This document shows positions 1 through 11,245 of a stretch of 64,000 nucleotides of DNA, one piece after another. Under the pieces are notes generated by a model that was not told where the DNA came from, made no database searches, and worked only from the letters and a program-made list of their open reading frames with translations. The position numbers were made by a program, and so were the translations under genes. This DNA comes from Leucoraja erinacea (lineage: Eukaryota). The stretch spans positions 8,494,001 to 8,558,000 of the forward strand of contig NC_073415.1 of NCBI RefSeq assembly GCF_028641065.1, in the 5' to 3' direction. Each line of letters starts with the position of its first letter. Positions within the stretch are counted from its first letter, which is position 1.

Positions 1-269
1 GGTCACAGGGACACCACGGCTAGCGATATACGGTCTTCAGCATTTGTTGCATCGCTTGTGATCTTCCAAACGGTGACAAGGTTGCGCAACTGGTGAAGCC
101 GCTGCCGCACAGCGCCAGAGACCCGGGTTCGATCCTGACTACAGACACTATCTGTCGAGTTTGTACAGTCTCCCTGTGACGACGTGGGTTTCCTCCCACA
201 CTCCAAAGACGTGCAGGTTACTTGGCTTCGGTAAAGATTGTAAATTATCCCTGGTGTGTAGGATAGACA

Positions 270-628
270 ATAGACAATAGGTGCAGGAGGAGGCCATTCG
301 GCCCTTCGAACCAGCACCGCTGATCATCCCCAATCAGTACCCCGTTCCTGCCTTCTCCCCACATCCTCTGACTCCGCTATTTTTAAGAGCCCTATCTAGC
401 TCTCTCTTGAAAGCATCCAGAGAACCTGCCTCCACCGCCCTCTGAGGCAGAGAATTCCACAGACTCACAACTCTCTGTGAGAAAAAGTGTTTCCTCGTCT
501 CCGTTCTAAATGGCTTACTCCTTATTCTTAAACTGTGTGTGGCCCCTGGCTCTGGACTCCACCAAACATCGGGAACATGTTTCCTGCCTCTAGCGTGTCC
601 AAGCCCTTAACAATCTGATATGTTTCAA
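270..628 (-). mobile_element. CR1(HER1)-like LINE 3' fragment inserted in a V-SINE (70-695)
   Basis: Reverse complement of the CR1 3' end (…ggctcgaagggccgaatggcctcctcctgcaccta); the SINE resumes after it. Confidence 0.75.
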
Positions 629-712
629 CAGCTAGTATACAGGGTGATCGCTGGTGGGCGCGGTGATGGTGTGGTTTCAGCGCTGTCTCTCTAGAGTCTA
701 GAACCTACTGAC

Positions 713-836
713 CTCCGTCAGCCGAATTGCACTCTGCTGGGCCTTCAGGTTGCCGCGGCCGGCGTAGTTCTGCGGCAGCTCGGTTATGTTGTGGTCTCCA
801 TCCTGTTCAGCCTCACTGTCCGACAGGTTGGCTCCT
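713..836 (-). CDS. PPAN: PPAN exon 8
   Basis: GANLSDSEAEQDGDHNITELPQNYAGRGNLKAQQSAIRLTE; tttcag|...|gtcagt. Confidence 0.96.
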
Positions 837-3800
837 CTGAAAACAGACGCAAGCAGCGACACAGGATCATTAGTGCGCAGAGAGGAAGATGGTTCCATCT
901 TTATACAGTGCCCTTCATAATGTTTGGGACAAAGGCCCATCATTTATTTATTTGCCTTTATACTCCAAAATTTGAGATTTGTAATAGAAAAAAAATCACG
1001 TCAGATTTTGATAAAGGCCATTTTTATACATTTTGGTTTCACTATGCAGAAATTACAGCAGTGTTTAGACAGAGCCCCCCCCCATTTCAGGGCAGTATAA
1101 ACATAGAATTCTCCAACTGTTGGTAACTAACTTATTTTGCACCCCTCACTCTTCCCTCAGCCCACCTGGACTCGCACCCATTCCTCCCCTCTCCTTCACC
1201 TACATTCCTCCATCTAGCTTCACAATTTCTTCAGCCCTTATCTCACACCTTTTGGCTTTACATCTCTCGCCTTTGTCAAACCATTTGCCTGTCAACCCCC
1301 CCCCCCCTCACACACCTTATCTCCACCTATTCATCATTCTGCAAGCTTTGACCCAGCCCATCCCTCTCCCAGCTTTCTCCACCACCCCCCTCCAGTCAGT
1401 CTAAACAAGGGTCCCAACCCGAAATGTCACCTATCCATGTTCTCCATAGATGCTGCCTGACCCACTGAGTTACTCCAGCACTCTGTGAAACGTCACCTAT
1501 CACCTATCCATGTGAAACGTCACCTATCCATGTTCTCACAGATGCTGCCTGACCTGCTGAGTTACTCCAGCACTCTGTGAAACGTCACCTATCCATGTTC
1601 TCCACAGATGCTGCCTGACCCACTGAGTTACTCCAGCACTCTGTGAAACGTCACCTATCCATGTTCTCCACAGATGCTGCCTGACCTGCTGAGTTCACGC
1701 CAGCTCTTTGTGAATCGTCACCTTACCATGTTCTCCACAGATGCTGCCTGACCTGCTGAGTTACTCCAGCACTCTGTGAAACGTCACCTATCCATGTTCT
1801 CCACAGATGCTGCCTGACCTGCTGAGTTACTCCAGCACTCTGTCCTTTGTAAAATAAAGGCAATGAGGGAACACCCTGACCCAGTGCAAATCTTTCACAA
1901 CAAAGCTGCTCCTGGGTGGGAGCAAGTTTGTCCAACTGCTCTTTGCAGCTACTCCTCCCTAATCCAAGCACACTGATGCCCTGGGCCAGACTGGCGCTGG
2001 AATGCAAAGGCAGGACTTACTTCTGCAGGAGCTCACTGATGTCTTCAAACCTGTTCATGTTGGGGAACTTTTCCTGCAGCAGCTTCTTTATCCCCCGGCT
2101 CATCCCGACAGGAACCACCTTGATGGAGCTGGAGAGGAGAATGCCGTTATTGCTTCCGTTACACATGGAGAGCAGCAAGGGGCTATTCAACCCCTTGAGC
2201 CCGCCACCCAGGGACATTATCCAGCCCTTCCACCCACTCCTTTACCAGCAATGATCATTAGCACCACTCCGTCTGAAGAAGGATCCCAACCCGATACGTC
2301 ACCTATCTATGTTCTCCACAGATTCTGCCTGACCCACTGAGTTACTCCAGCACTCTGTGTGTCCGCTTTTGTGTATTGACCAGCATCTGCAGTTCGTTGT
2401 TTCTCCATTTACTTATCATTACTATTCAGATAAGGGCGGCAAGGTGGCGTAGTGGTAGAGTTGTTGCCTCACAGCGTCAGAGACCCGGGTTCGATCCCGA
2501 CTACGGGTGCTGTCTGTACGGAGTTTGTACGTTCTCCCCGTGACCTGCGTGGGTTTTCTCCAAGATCTTTAGTTTCCTCCCACACTCCAAAGCCGTACAG
2601 GCTGGAGAAACTCAGCGGGTGAGGCAGCATCTCTGGAGAACATGGGTAGGTGACGTATCGGGTTGGGACCCTTCTCCAAAGACGTACAGGTTTGTTTGTA
2701 CACTTGGNNNNNNNNNNNNNNNNNNNNNNNNNNNNNNNNNNNNNNNNNNNNNNNNNNNNNNNNNNNNNNNNNNNNNNNNNNNNNNNNNNNNNNNNNNNNN
2801 NNNNNNNNNNNNNNNNNNNNNNNNNNNNNNNNNNNNNNNNNNNNNNNNNNNNNGAACGCTGGTCAGCGTGGACCTGATGGGCCGAAGGGCCTGTTTTCAC
2901 GCTGTATCTAAACATACCCTAACTAACCAAGCCTTCAACCCCACGCTGAGCGGCTCAGTGGCACCCTCTGCTGTACAATGCAGGGGATGCAGGGAGTCGA
3001 TGGGATTGCTGATTTGCTCAGGAATTACAACTAGCGTAGATGGGAATCTCGGTCGGCATGGACGAATTGGGCCAAAGGGCCTTTTTCCGTGATGTTTGAC
3101 TTTAGATTAGTTTTGAGATACAGCGCGGAAACAGGCCCTTCGGCCCACTGACTCCATGCCGACCAGTGATCATCCCGTTCACATGAGTTCTATCCCCAAC
3201 GCTAGGGACAATTTGCAGAAGCCAATTAACCTACAAACCCGCACATCTTTGGTATGTGGAAGGAAATGGAGAAAACCTACACGGTCACAGGGAGAGCGTA
3301 CAGACTCCGTACAGACAGCACCCGAGGTCGGGATGGAACACGGGTCACTGGCGCTGTAGGGCAGCAACTCTACCGCTGCGCCATCCCTAATTATTAGCTA
3401 CTTCAACATCACCTTTCAAGCCTGCAATCTTCATCAGCAGAGCAAGAGCAGTGGGTTCTATGCCACTGTAGGGCTCTCTATGATTCTTTGAGAGGCATCA
3501 GATCCCCAAACTACTCTCATTAATCCGAGAGGAGAGGGAGAGGCCAAATGAGTGGAGACGGCCAGGAGCTGTTCCATCCTCCCTCAACATCACCTCACTC
3601 CCTTGTCCAGTTGATTCCCATTCCTCCCCCAGGATTATCACGTCACCAATCTTTATTATTGTCATGTGTGCTGAGGTTCATTGAAAAACTTTGACACTGA
3701 ATGCTGGAGTAACTCAGCAGGTCAGGCAGCATCTCTGGAGATCATGGATGGATGATGTTTTTGGTTGGGAACCTTCTTCAGAATGATTGCAGGGGCTAGG

Positions 3801-6800
3801 GGGTGGAGGAGCAGGGCAAAGCACGACAGGTCAACATTTCTTGTTCCTTGTTTCCACAGTGAAAAACTCTGTTTTTCCATTCATGCTATCTCATCAAGGT
3901 ATAATACTATACATAAATACTCAACTCAAGTACAATCGCTAGGGTGAAGGGGAGATGCAGAGTGCAGAACAGTTCTCAGCGTTATAGTGTTACAGTTCCA
4001 TAGACAAGGTCCAATGTCTGTGATGGGGTAGAGGTGAATAGGGCAATACCCAAGCTTATAGCAGGACCGTCCAGAAGACTGATCACAAAGGGGAAGGTGT
4101 TTGTACATCTGCTGGTGCTTGCTTTCAAGCTTTGCTATCTTCTCTGGCTATCTTTATTTTCTCTGGCTATCTTCTCTATCGTCGGTCTGACCAGTGCAGG
4201 GAGGAGGGATGACCAGGGTGGGAGAGATCTTTGAATATAGTGGCTGCTTTTGCTTCACTTTTCTCATGGTGCCTCCTCCAACAACCCTAGATCACTGCTC
4301 ACTGCCTCCCTCGCTCCCGCCGATCTCTCCATCGTTCCTAACCTCACGAGCGATGACTGGTGCAGCGATGATGATGCAGCGGTCACTGCTTGGCCAGCTG
4401 ACTGGGCCGACCAAGTCGCCGAAACGCTCTGGAGTTTGGAGAGGTATACAGCCCCTAACCACCCCACCCCCACACTTGTTCACAACCCGCGACCAATCTG
4501 CAGGGTGCGGACACTGGGGGCTCACTTACTAGTGGCGGACCTCAAGGGTCTGACTGGCTGGGCTATAGTTGATCAGGACACAGCGCTTGATGGTGTTCAG
4601 GCCAACCTAGAAGTGAAAGAGCAAAACAGCAGCGTAAAAGATATGGCAGCGGCAAACGCAGAAAGTAGTCGCTCTTGGGCAGCACGGTGGTAGAGTTGCT
4701 GCCTACAGTGGCAAAGACAAGTCAAGTCAAGTTTATTTGTCACATACACATACGAGATGTGCAGTGAAATAAAAGTGGCAATGCTCGCGGACTTTTGTGC
4801 AAAAGACAAACAACAAAACAAACTATAAACACAATCATAACACACATATTATTTTACATAATAAATAATGGAAGGAAAAACGTTCAGTAGAGTTAGTCCC
4901 TGGTGAGATAGGCGTTTGCAGTCCGAATGGCCCCTGGGAAGAAACTCCTTCTCAACCTCTCCGTTCTCACCGCATGGCAAGACCCAGGTTCCATCCTGAC
5001 TACGGGTGCTGTCTGTATGGAGTTTGTATGTTCTCCCCCCGTGACCTGTGTGGGTTTTCTCCGGGTGCTCTGGTTTCCTCCCACACTCCAAAATCGTACA
5101 GGTTTGTCGGTTAATTGGCTTCGTTAGAATTGTAAATTGTCCCTGCAGCGTAGGATAGTATTAACGTGTGGGGATCGCTAGTCGCCACGGACCCAATGGG
5201 CCGAAGGGCCTGTTTCCGCGCTGTATCTCTAAACTAAAAAAAAATTAAAACCAACCCCAATCCCTACCTCTCTCATAACTAACCCCAGCCCCTCCTCAAC
5301 CCTTTCCACGAACACCTACAGTGTGGTACGATGGCACAGCATCGGAGACCAGGGTTCGATCCTGACTACGGGTGCTGTCTGGACCGAGTTTGTACGTTCT
5401 CCCCGTGACCTGCGTGGATTTTCTCAGAGATCTTCGGTTTCCTCCCACACTCCAAAGACATACAGGTATGTGAGTAAAAATTGGCTTGGCATAAGTGTAA
5501 ATTGTCCCTAGTGTGTGTGTGTGTGTGTAGGATAGTGTTTGTGTGCGGGGATCGCTGGTCGGCGTGGACTCGGTGGGCTGAAGGGCCTGTTTCCGCGCTG
5601 TATCACTAAACTGAACTGAACCTACCTTGTAGACGTTGATTGTCGGGAACAGGTTCTGGAACATAGTGGCCATGAGCTTGACATGCATGCCGTCCCCTCC
5701 AAAGTTGTTCAGCACCAGCAGGGGGTGGTGGGTGAACTGGCTCTCATGCATCCGGTGCCTCTTCAGCGACGAGACGATGTCCTTCACCAGGGAATACTGG
5801 GAATCACACGGGCAGAAAGATCATTCCCAATGAGCCATAAGAAGCGGAATTAGGCCGTTCAGCCCATCAAGTCTATTCCATTCAATCATGGCTGATCTAT
5901 CTCCCCGTCCAAACCCCATTCTCCTGCCTTCTCCCCATAGCCTCTGACACCCAAACTAATTAAGAATCCATCTATCTCTGCCTTAAATATATCCAATAAC
6001 GTGGCCTCCACCGCCTTCTGTGGCAAATGATTCCACAGATTCACCACCCTCCGACTGAAGAAATTCATCCTCTTCTCCTTCCTAAATGAATGTCCTTTAA
6101 TTTTGAACCATGGCGTCATACAGCATGGAAACGGAACGGCACAATGGCGCAGCAGGTGGAGCTGCTGGGTTCACAGCGCCCACTCCTGCACCTTCTTGTG
6201 GTCACCAGTTTTTTCTGTTTTCTATTTGTGGATTTCCTGTCTATTATGTCAAAAGCACTTTTGCTCAAAATTCCAGTTTCTGATCCCTTTATGACCTATC
6301 ATCAATCTGTCAATGTTGCTTTAGAAACTGGCACTTTTAACCTGTTACAACTGAGATGTTGTAGCCAAGCATCTCACTGTCACATGAAATAAGGACAGCA
6401 GCAACACTCACCTGGCAATATTCAGAAAGTCAGCCTTTGTTCACAACTGATAAAGAAACACAGTTTGCTCTGAATAAAGGTCTGAAGAAACGTCACCTGT
6501 TTCTCTGTTCAAGAAGGAACTGCGGATGTTGGAAACTCGAAGGTAGACAAAATTGCTGGAGAAAATGAGCGGGCAGCTTTGAAAACAATAATGTATTCGT
6601 TTATTAGCTCCTAGCAAACCCTTACAATGAAACAGGTGAGAGACAACTTGATCCCAGGACCTCCACTAATCGTGTACTGTGACTTCCTAGAAAGTGGCGT
6701 CACAGGTAGACAGGGTGTTCAAGCCAGCTTTCATCTTGGTCTTCATCAGTCAGAGTATTGAGTTTAGAAGTTGGGAGGTCATGTTAATAGTTGTACAAGA

Positions 6801-9800
6801 CGAAGGGTTCGAAGCCCCATTCCTGAGTATTGTGTTGTTTCCAGTTTTTTCTGTTTGTTATTTTGGAAAGATGTATAGACACAAAATGTTGGATCCTAAC
6901 TCAGCGGCATCGATGAGCATCTCCGGAGAGATTGTGGCATAGGTGACGTTCTGAACTGGTCGAGTCCCTATCTTCAAATCCCATTCCACTGCTCTCCATA
7001 GATGCAGAGTTACTCCACTGGCAAATTCTGAAAGTCTGGGGCCGGTTTTAAACGAGCCAATCTGCAGTTCTTTCATAAAAAAGATGTAAATGTGCTTTGA
7101 AAACAATAGTATTCGTTTATCAGTAAAGCTCCCAGTTACAATGAAACAGGGAGAGACAACTTGCCAGGACCTCGAGGTGCCTGAGACTTCCTAGGTAGAG
7201 GTTGAGCAGGTCTGGGCCGGCTTTATTCTTGGTGGAGGTCACAGGAGTATGAGTGAGTCTTGTTACAGTGCTATAAGACGTCATGAGGACACATAGAGTA
7301 TTGTGTTTAGTTTTGGTCACTCTGTTATAGGAAAGATGTTAGACACAAAATGCTGGAGTAACTCAGCGGCACAGGCAGCATCTCCGGAGAGAAGGAATAG
7401 GTGACGTTTCTGGTCGAGTCCCTTCTTCACCCATTCCTTCTCTCAAAGGATGGTAGGCTCCATATTTGGTCTACAAGCGATTTTATCCAAGATCTGCAGT
7501 TCTTTCATAGAACTATGTTTGGAAAGGGTGAAGAACATTATGGGGACAGACTCGAGGGCCTGAGCCATAGGTACAGGTTGAGAGTGGATTTATGGGCCAA
7601 ACGCAGGCAGGATTAGTGATCTTAGAGGTGCATAAGATGGAGGACTATGATAGGGTCTAGAGCCTTTTAAGAGGGAGTTAGATCAGAGGCCCTAGGTTTA
7701 AGTGGGGAGGCAAGGGATAATAGGGTTTTCTCTTATACAAAGGATGGTAGGTATATGGAACAAGCTGAGTTGGATGATCTTGAACCATGAACATATTGAA
7801 TGGCGGTGCAGGCTCGAAGGGCCGAATGGCCTACTCCTGCATCTAATTTCTATGTTTCTATGTTTCTATGTTGGTCGGTGTGGGCACGTTAGGCTGAAGG
7901 GCCTGTTTCCACACTGTATGCCCAATGTATAACAGCTATTGCAGTGATGTTGCTGCAATCCGCAGTGCTGTGTGAGTGCAAGGGGTAAAGGCAAGTGGAA
8001 CTATTCAGCGGCGCGGCGCAAGCAGAACAGAGGACAACGCAGGACTGTAGAAACCTTCACAAGCCCGCCTCTCCAGCGGACTCGTGTCAGGTCACTTTCC
8101 TGGTGATAGAAAGAATGGGCGTAACGTTTGCAAAAAGAATCGACACGCAGAAAATTGATTTGAAGCTTCATCTACTTACTAAATTGACACAGTTCGATGA
8201 TTTTGTAAAGATTAAGAAATGCGTCACCCCTAGCGGTCCGGCCACCGAGACAAAATCTTTCAGCATGTTCTTCTTCCGCACCTGAAAAATCATTTAATAT
8301 CAAAAGATGAGTCCTGAGTTGTTGTTTACTTTTGTTAAGTTTATTATTATCATATACATATATCAACCAGGGGCCACAGTCTTAAAATAAAGGGGAGGTC
8401 ATTTAAGACTGAGGTGTGAAAAAAACGTTTTCACCCAGTGAGTTGTGAATTTATGGAATTCCCTGCCACAGAGGGCAGTGGAGGCCAAATCATTGGATGG
8501 ATTTTAGAGAGAGTTAGATAGAGCTCTAGGGGCTGGTGGAATCGAGGGATATGGGGAGAATGCAGGCACGGGTTATTGATTGGGGACGATCAGCCATGAT
8601 CACTATGAATGGCGGTGCTGGCTCGAAGGGCCGAATGGCCTCCTCCTGCACCTATTTTCTATGTTTCTATACAGAAGTACAGTGAAAGTGTAGAGTGCAT
8701 GCTAGAGGGGAGAAGAGGGAGTGACCGGGGTGAGACTGGCCCTTGAGTGTGCTGCTCTCCTTGTTGAGGCAGCGTGAAGTGTAGATTGCGTCCATGAAAG
8801 GGAGGGTGGTTTGCGTGATGGTTTGGGCTCTGTCCACAGGGCAAAGCCTTCCCTCTTACTTCATTCTGAAATATCCTAAGGCAATTCCCTTTACTCCATC
8901 CACTTCAGGCTATGTTGGAAGCCGATAACTCGTTTCTTCCTCATGGAAGTTAGGACTTTATTCCTTGGAACGTAGGAGGCTGACGGGTGACATTATAGAG
9001 ATAGAATCATGAGGACAATTGATAGGGTGAATGCAGAGAGTCTTTTCTCCAAGGTAGGGGAATCAAGAACCTGAGGAAATAGGTTTGAGATGGGGGTGGG
9101 GGGACATTTAAGAGCAATCCAATGGGCAACTTTTGCCGAGGGTAGTGGGTATATGGAACGAGCTGCCAGAGGGGGTAGTTGTAGTTTTTAAAACAACAGT
9201 TAAAAGACATTTGGAATGGTACATGGATAGGAATGGTTTAGAGCGATAAGGGGTAAATGCAGGAACATGAGACTAGCTTGGATGGGGCATCTTGATTAGC
9301 ATGAACGAGTTTGGCCGACGGACCTGTTTTCGTGCTGTATGAGTCTGTGACTCTGTGTCCCAGTAACGAGACTTCGGAGGCTGAGACTCACCGTCAGTGA
9401 ACGAGCAGTGAAGGGCTCCAACAGCCGTCTCAGGTCTGCGATCAACTGCAGCACATTATGTCCAATCTGACCTCGGTGGAAGACAAAGGAATGCGGAACG
9501 CTGGTGTACTCCTCCTGTGCGAGGTGAATTGCATTCCCCCGGGCTTTCTTCTGGTTCTTAGACTGAAGAGAGATTCAAAGAAACGTATCTTTAACACAGA
9601 AGTTCAAATCATTTAAAATAACACCCAACAAAGGCTGGCATTTACCATCATCGGGGAATTAGCAAAGCTTCCACTGAACTTTTCCAGAACTACAAAATCA
9701 CCATCAGAATACTTTATAATCAGGAGACACGGAGACTGGAGATTAGTTTAAAGACACATGGAAACAGATCTGGAGAGAAGCAATGGGTCGAGACCCTTCT

Positions 9801-10736
9801 TCAGACTGACCCAAAATATCTATCTACACTTCTCTCCAGAGATGCTGCCTGCCCCACTGTGTCTATCGTCAGAATAAACCAGCATCTGCAGTTCCTTTTT
9901 ACACATGGAAACAGACCCTTCGGCCCACCGAGTCCACGCCGACCACTGATCACTTGTTCACACTAGTTCAATGTAATCCCACTTTCTCATCCATTTCTTT
10001 CATATGAAGAATGACTGGATAGACTCGGCTTGTACTCGCTAGAATTTGGAAGATTTAGGGGGGGATCTTACAGAAACTTACAAAATTCTTAAGGGGTTGG
10101 ACAGGCTAGATGCAGGAAGATTGATCCTGATGTTGGGGAAGTCCAGAACAAGGGGTCACAGTTTCAGGATAAGGGGGAAGTCTTTTAGGACCGAGATGAG
10201 AATTTTTTTTTTTCACACGGAGAGTGGTGAATCTGTGGAATTCTCTGCCACAGAAGGTAGTTGAGGCCACACAGTTCATTGGCTATATTTAAGAGGGAGT
10301 TAGCTGTGGCCCTTGTGGCTAAAGGGATCAGGGGGTATGGAGAGAAGGCAGGGATGGGATACTGAGTTGGATGATTAGCCATGATCATATTGAATGGCGG
10401 TGCAGGCTCGAAGGGCCGAATGGCCTCTACTCCTGCACCTATTTTCTATGTTTCTATGAAACCCACGCGGTCACAGGGAGAATGTACAAACTACACCCAC
10501 AGAGAGAGAGAGGGAGAGAGATCACCCGAGGTCAGGATCGAACCCGGGTCTGTGAGTGAGTGGAGCAGATTTAGGCCATTCGGCCCATCTAGTTTACTCC
10601 ACCATGGCTGATCCATCTCCCCCTCCTAACCCATTCTCCTGCCTTCTCCCCCATAACCCCTGACACCCGCTGTAGATCGGGGCGTGGAGTCCGCAGCGGT
10701 GTCGGCGGCCGCGCTCACCCGGCTGTGTTTCCCCAT
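713..10736 (-). CDS. PPAN: Peter pan homolog (Ssf1/Brix-domain ribosome biogenesis factor), 5' part; gene continues beyond window start
   Basis: Exons 10736-10719 (MGKHSR), 9562-9392, 8281-8180, [exon 4 garbled ~7018-7061/6412-6435], 5796-5626, 4606-4530, 2128-2021, 836-713. GT-AG flanks and phases are consistent. The translation closely follows recalled human PPAN (HSFVF.RG, GPLGVTHFLI, KLMATMFQNLFP, KKLLQEKFPNM, QQSA.RLTE). Confidence 0.96.
906..1098 (+). mobile_element. Tc1/mariner-type transposon end fragment
   Basis: TA|CAGTGCCCTTCATAATGTTTGGGAC terminus typical of Tc1-like IR/DR ends. Confidence 0.6.
1420..1845 (+). repeat. Tandem array (~66-bp unit, ~6 copies) derived from the Penelope-like terminal repeat
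   Basis: Repeated gtgaaacgtcacctatccatgttctccacagatgctgcctgacctgctgagttactccagcactct. Confidence 0.9.
2021..2128 (-). CDS. PPAN: PPAN exon 7
   Basis: SIKVVPVGMSRGIKKLLQEKFPNMNRFEDISELLQ(K); ctccag|...|gtaagt. Confidence 0.96.
2708..2853. other. Assembly gap (N run)
   Basis: Ns in sequence. Confidence 1.
3100..3387 (-). mobile_element. tRNA-derived V-SINE (HE1-like)
   Basis: tRNA-like head, V-domain (gtacggagt…tctccctgtgacc), CR1-type tail gggccgaagggcctgtttccgcgctgtatctc. Confidence 0.8.
4530..4606 (-). CDS. PPAN: PPAN exon 6
   Basis: VGLNTIKRCVLINYSPASQTLEVRH(Y); ttctag|...|gtaagt. Confidence 0.94.
4677..5245 (+). mobile_element. V-SINE interrupted by an antisense LINE 3' fragment (4717-4975, Rex1/Babar-like)
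   Basis: SINE head to ~4716, insert encoding RTERLRRSFFPGAIRTAN with (cttga)n tail, SINE resumes at ~4976; tggcaa(a)gac on both sides. Confidence 0.75.
5320..5620 (+). mobile_element. V-SINE (HE1-like) abutting the PPAN exon 5 donor
   Basis: B-box ggttcgatcc, V-domain, (tg)n, CR1-like tail. Confidence 0.8.
5626..5796 (-). CDS. PPAN: PPAN exon 5
   Basis: YSLVKDIVSSLKRHRMHESQFTHHPLLVLNNFGGDGMHVKLMATMFQNLFPTINVYK; cccag|...|gtaggt. Confidence 0.96.
5835..6110 (-). mobile_element. CR1-like LINE 3' fragment
   Basis: [29 protein letters not shown] matches the CR1 ORF2 C-terminus. Confidence 0.8.
8180..8281 (-). CDS. PPAN: PPAN exon 3
   Basis: VRKKNMLKDFVSVAGPLGVTHFLIFTKSSNCVNL; tttcag|...|gtaagt. 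Confidence 0.95.
8367..8668 (+). mobile_element. CR1-like LINE 3' fragment
   Basis: CR1 ORF2 end plus 3'UTR ending ttctatgtttctat. Confidence 0.8.
9392..9562 (-). CDS. PPAN: PPAN exon 2
   Basis: SKNQKKARGNAIHLAQEEYTSVPHSFVFHRGQIGHNVLQLIADLRRLLEPFTARSLT; cttcag|...|gtgagt. Confidence 0.95.
10000..10458 (+). mobile_element. CR1-like LINE 3' fragment
   Basis: [17 protein letters not shown]…SRTRGHS…; tail ttctatgtttctatg. Confidence 0.85.
10719..10736 (-). CDS. PPAN: PPAN coding exon 1 (MGKHSR)
   Basis: Kozak GGCGCCATGG, 6 codons, then GTGAGC donor; human PPAN begins MGQSGR. Confidence 0.88.
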
Positions 10737-10749
10737 GGCGCCGACTCCG

Positions 10750-11245
10750 CCTGGTCCTCGGCCCCGGCCTCTCGTAACCCGCGGCCCCGGCCCCTGGTCT
10801 CCGGGCTCGGCCCCGGCCCCGGTCCTCGCCGCGGCCCGGTCCTCTCGTAACCCGCGGCCCCGGCCCCTGGTCTCTGGTCTCCGGCCTCGGCCTCTCGTAA
10901 CCCGCGGCCCCGGTCCCTGGTCTCCGGTCCCGGGTCTGCGGCCTCTGGTCTCTGGTCTCCGGGCTCGGCCCCCCGCCGCGGCTCCGGTCCCGGGTCTGCG
11001 GCCCCTGGTCTCTGGTCTCAGGCCTCGGCCTCTCGTAACCCGCGGCCCCGGCCCCTGGACCCTGGTCTCCGGCCTCGGTCTCTGGTAACTCGCGGCCCCG
11101 GTCTCTGGTCTCCGGGCTCGGCCCCCCGCCGCGGCTCCGGTCCCGGGTCTGCGGCCCCTGGTCTCTGGTCTCAGGCCTCGGCCTCTCGTAACCCGCGGCC
11201 CCGGCCCCTGGACCCTGGTCTCCGGCCTCTGGCCTCTGGTCTCTC
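10750..11245. repeat. GC-rich complex minisatellite (units such as ggcctctcgtaacccgcggccccggcccctggtctctggtctcc)
   Basis: 'ctctcgtaacccgcggcccc' recurs at ~10770, 10842, 10892, 11030 and 11183, and a longer ~150 bp block is repeated. Confidence 0.9.

Noticed and set aside
1420-1845. CRISPR-like regular repeats
   Set aside because: Head-to-tail units without unique spacers, in a vertebrate intron.
2434-2510. tRNA-like A/B boxes (also at other SINE heads)
   Set aside because: These are tRNA-derived SINE heads followed by the V-domain, not tRNA genes.
713-10736. SNORD105-type box C/D snoRNAs, which PPAN introns host in mammals
   Set aside because: I could not find the recalled guide plus D-box. 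A C/D-like ATGAGGA…CTGA on the minus strand at ~8905-8944 spans only ~40 nt, too short to call. An Infernal/Rfam search is needed.
10684-11088. 134-aa Pro/Arg-rich ORF on the + strand
   Set aside because: Translation of the GC minisatellite, antisense to PPAN exon 1; no coding evidence.
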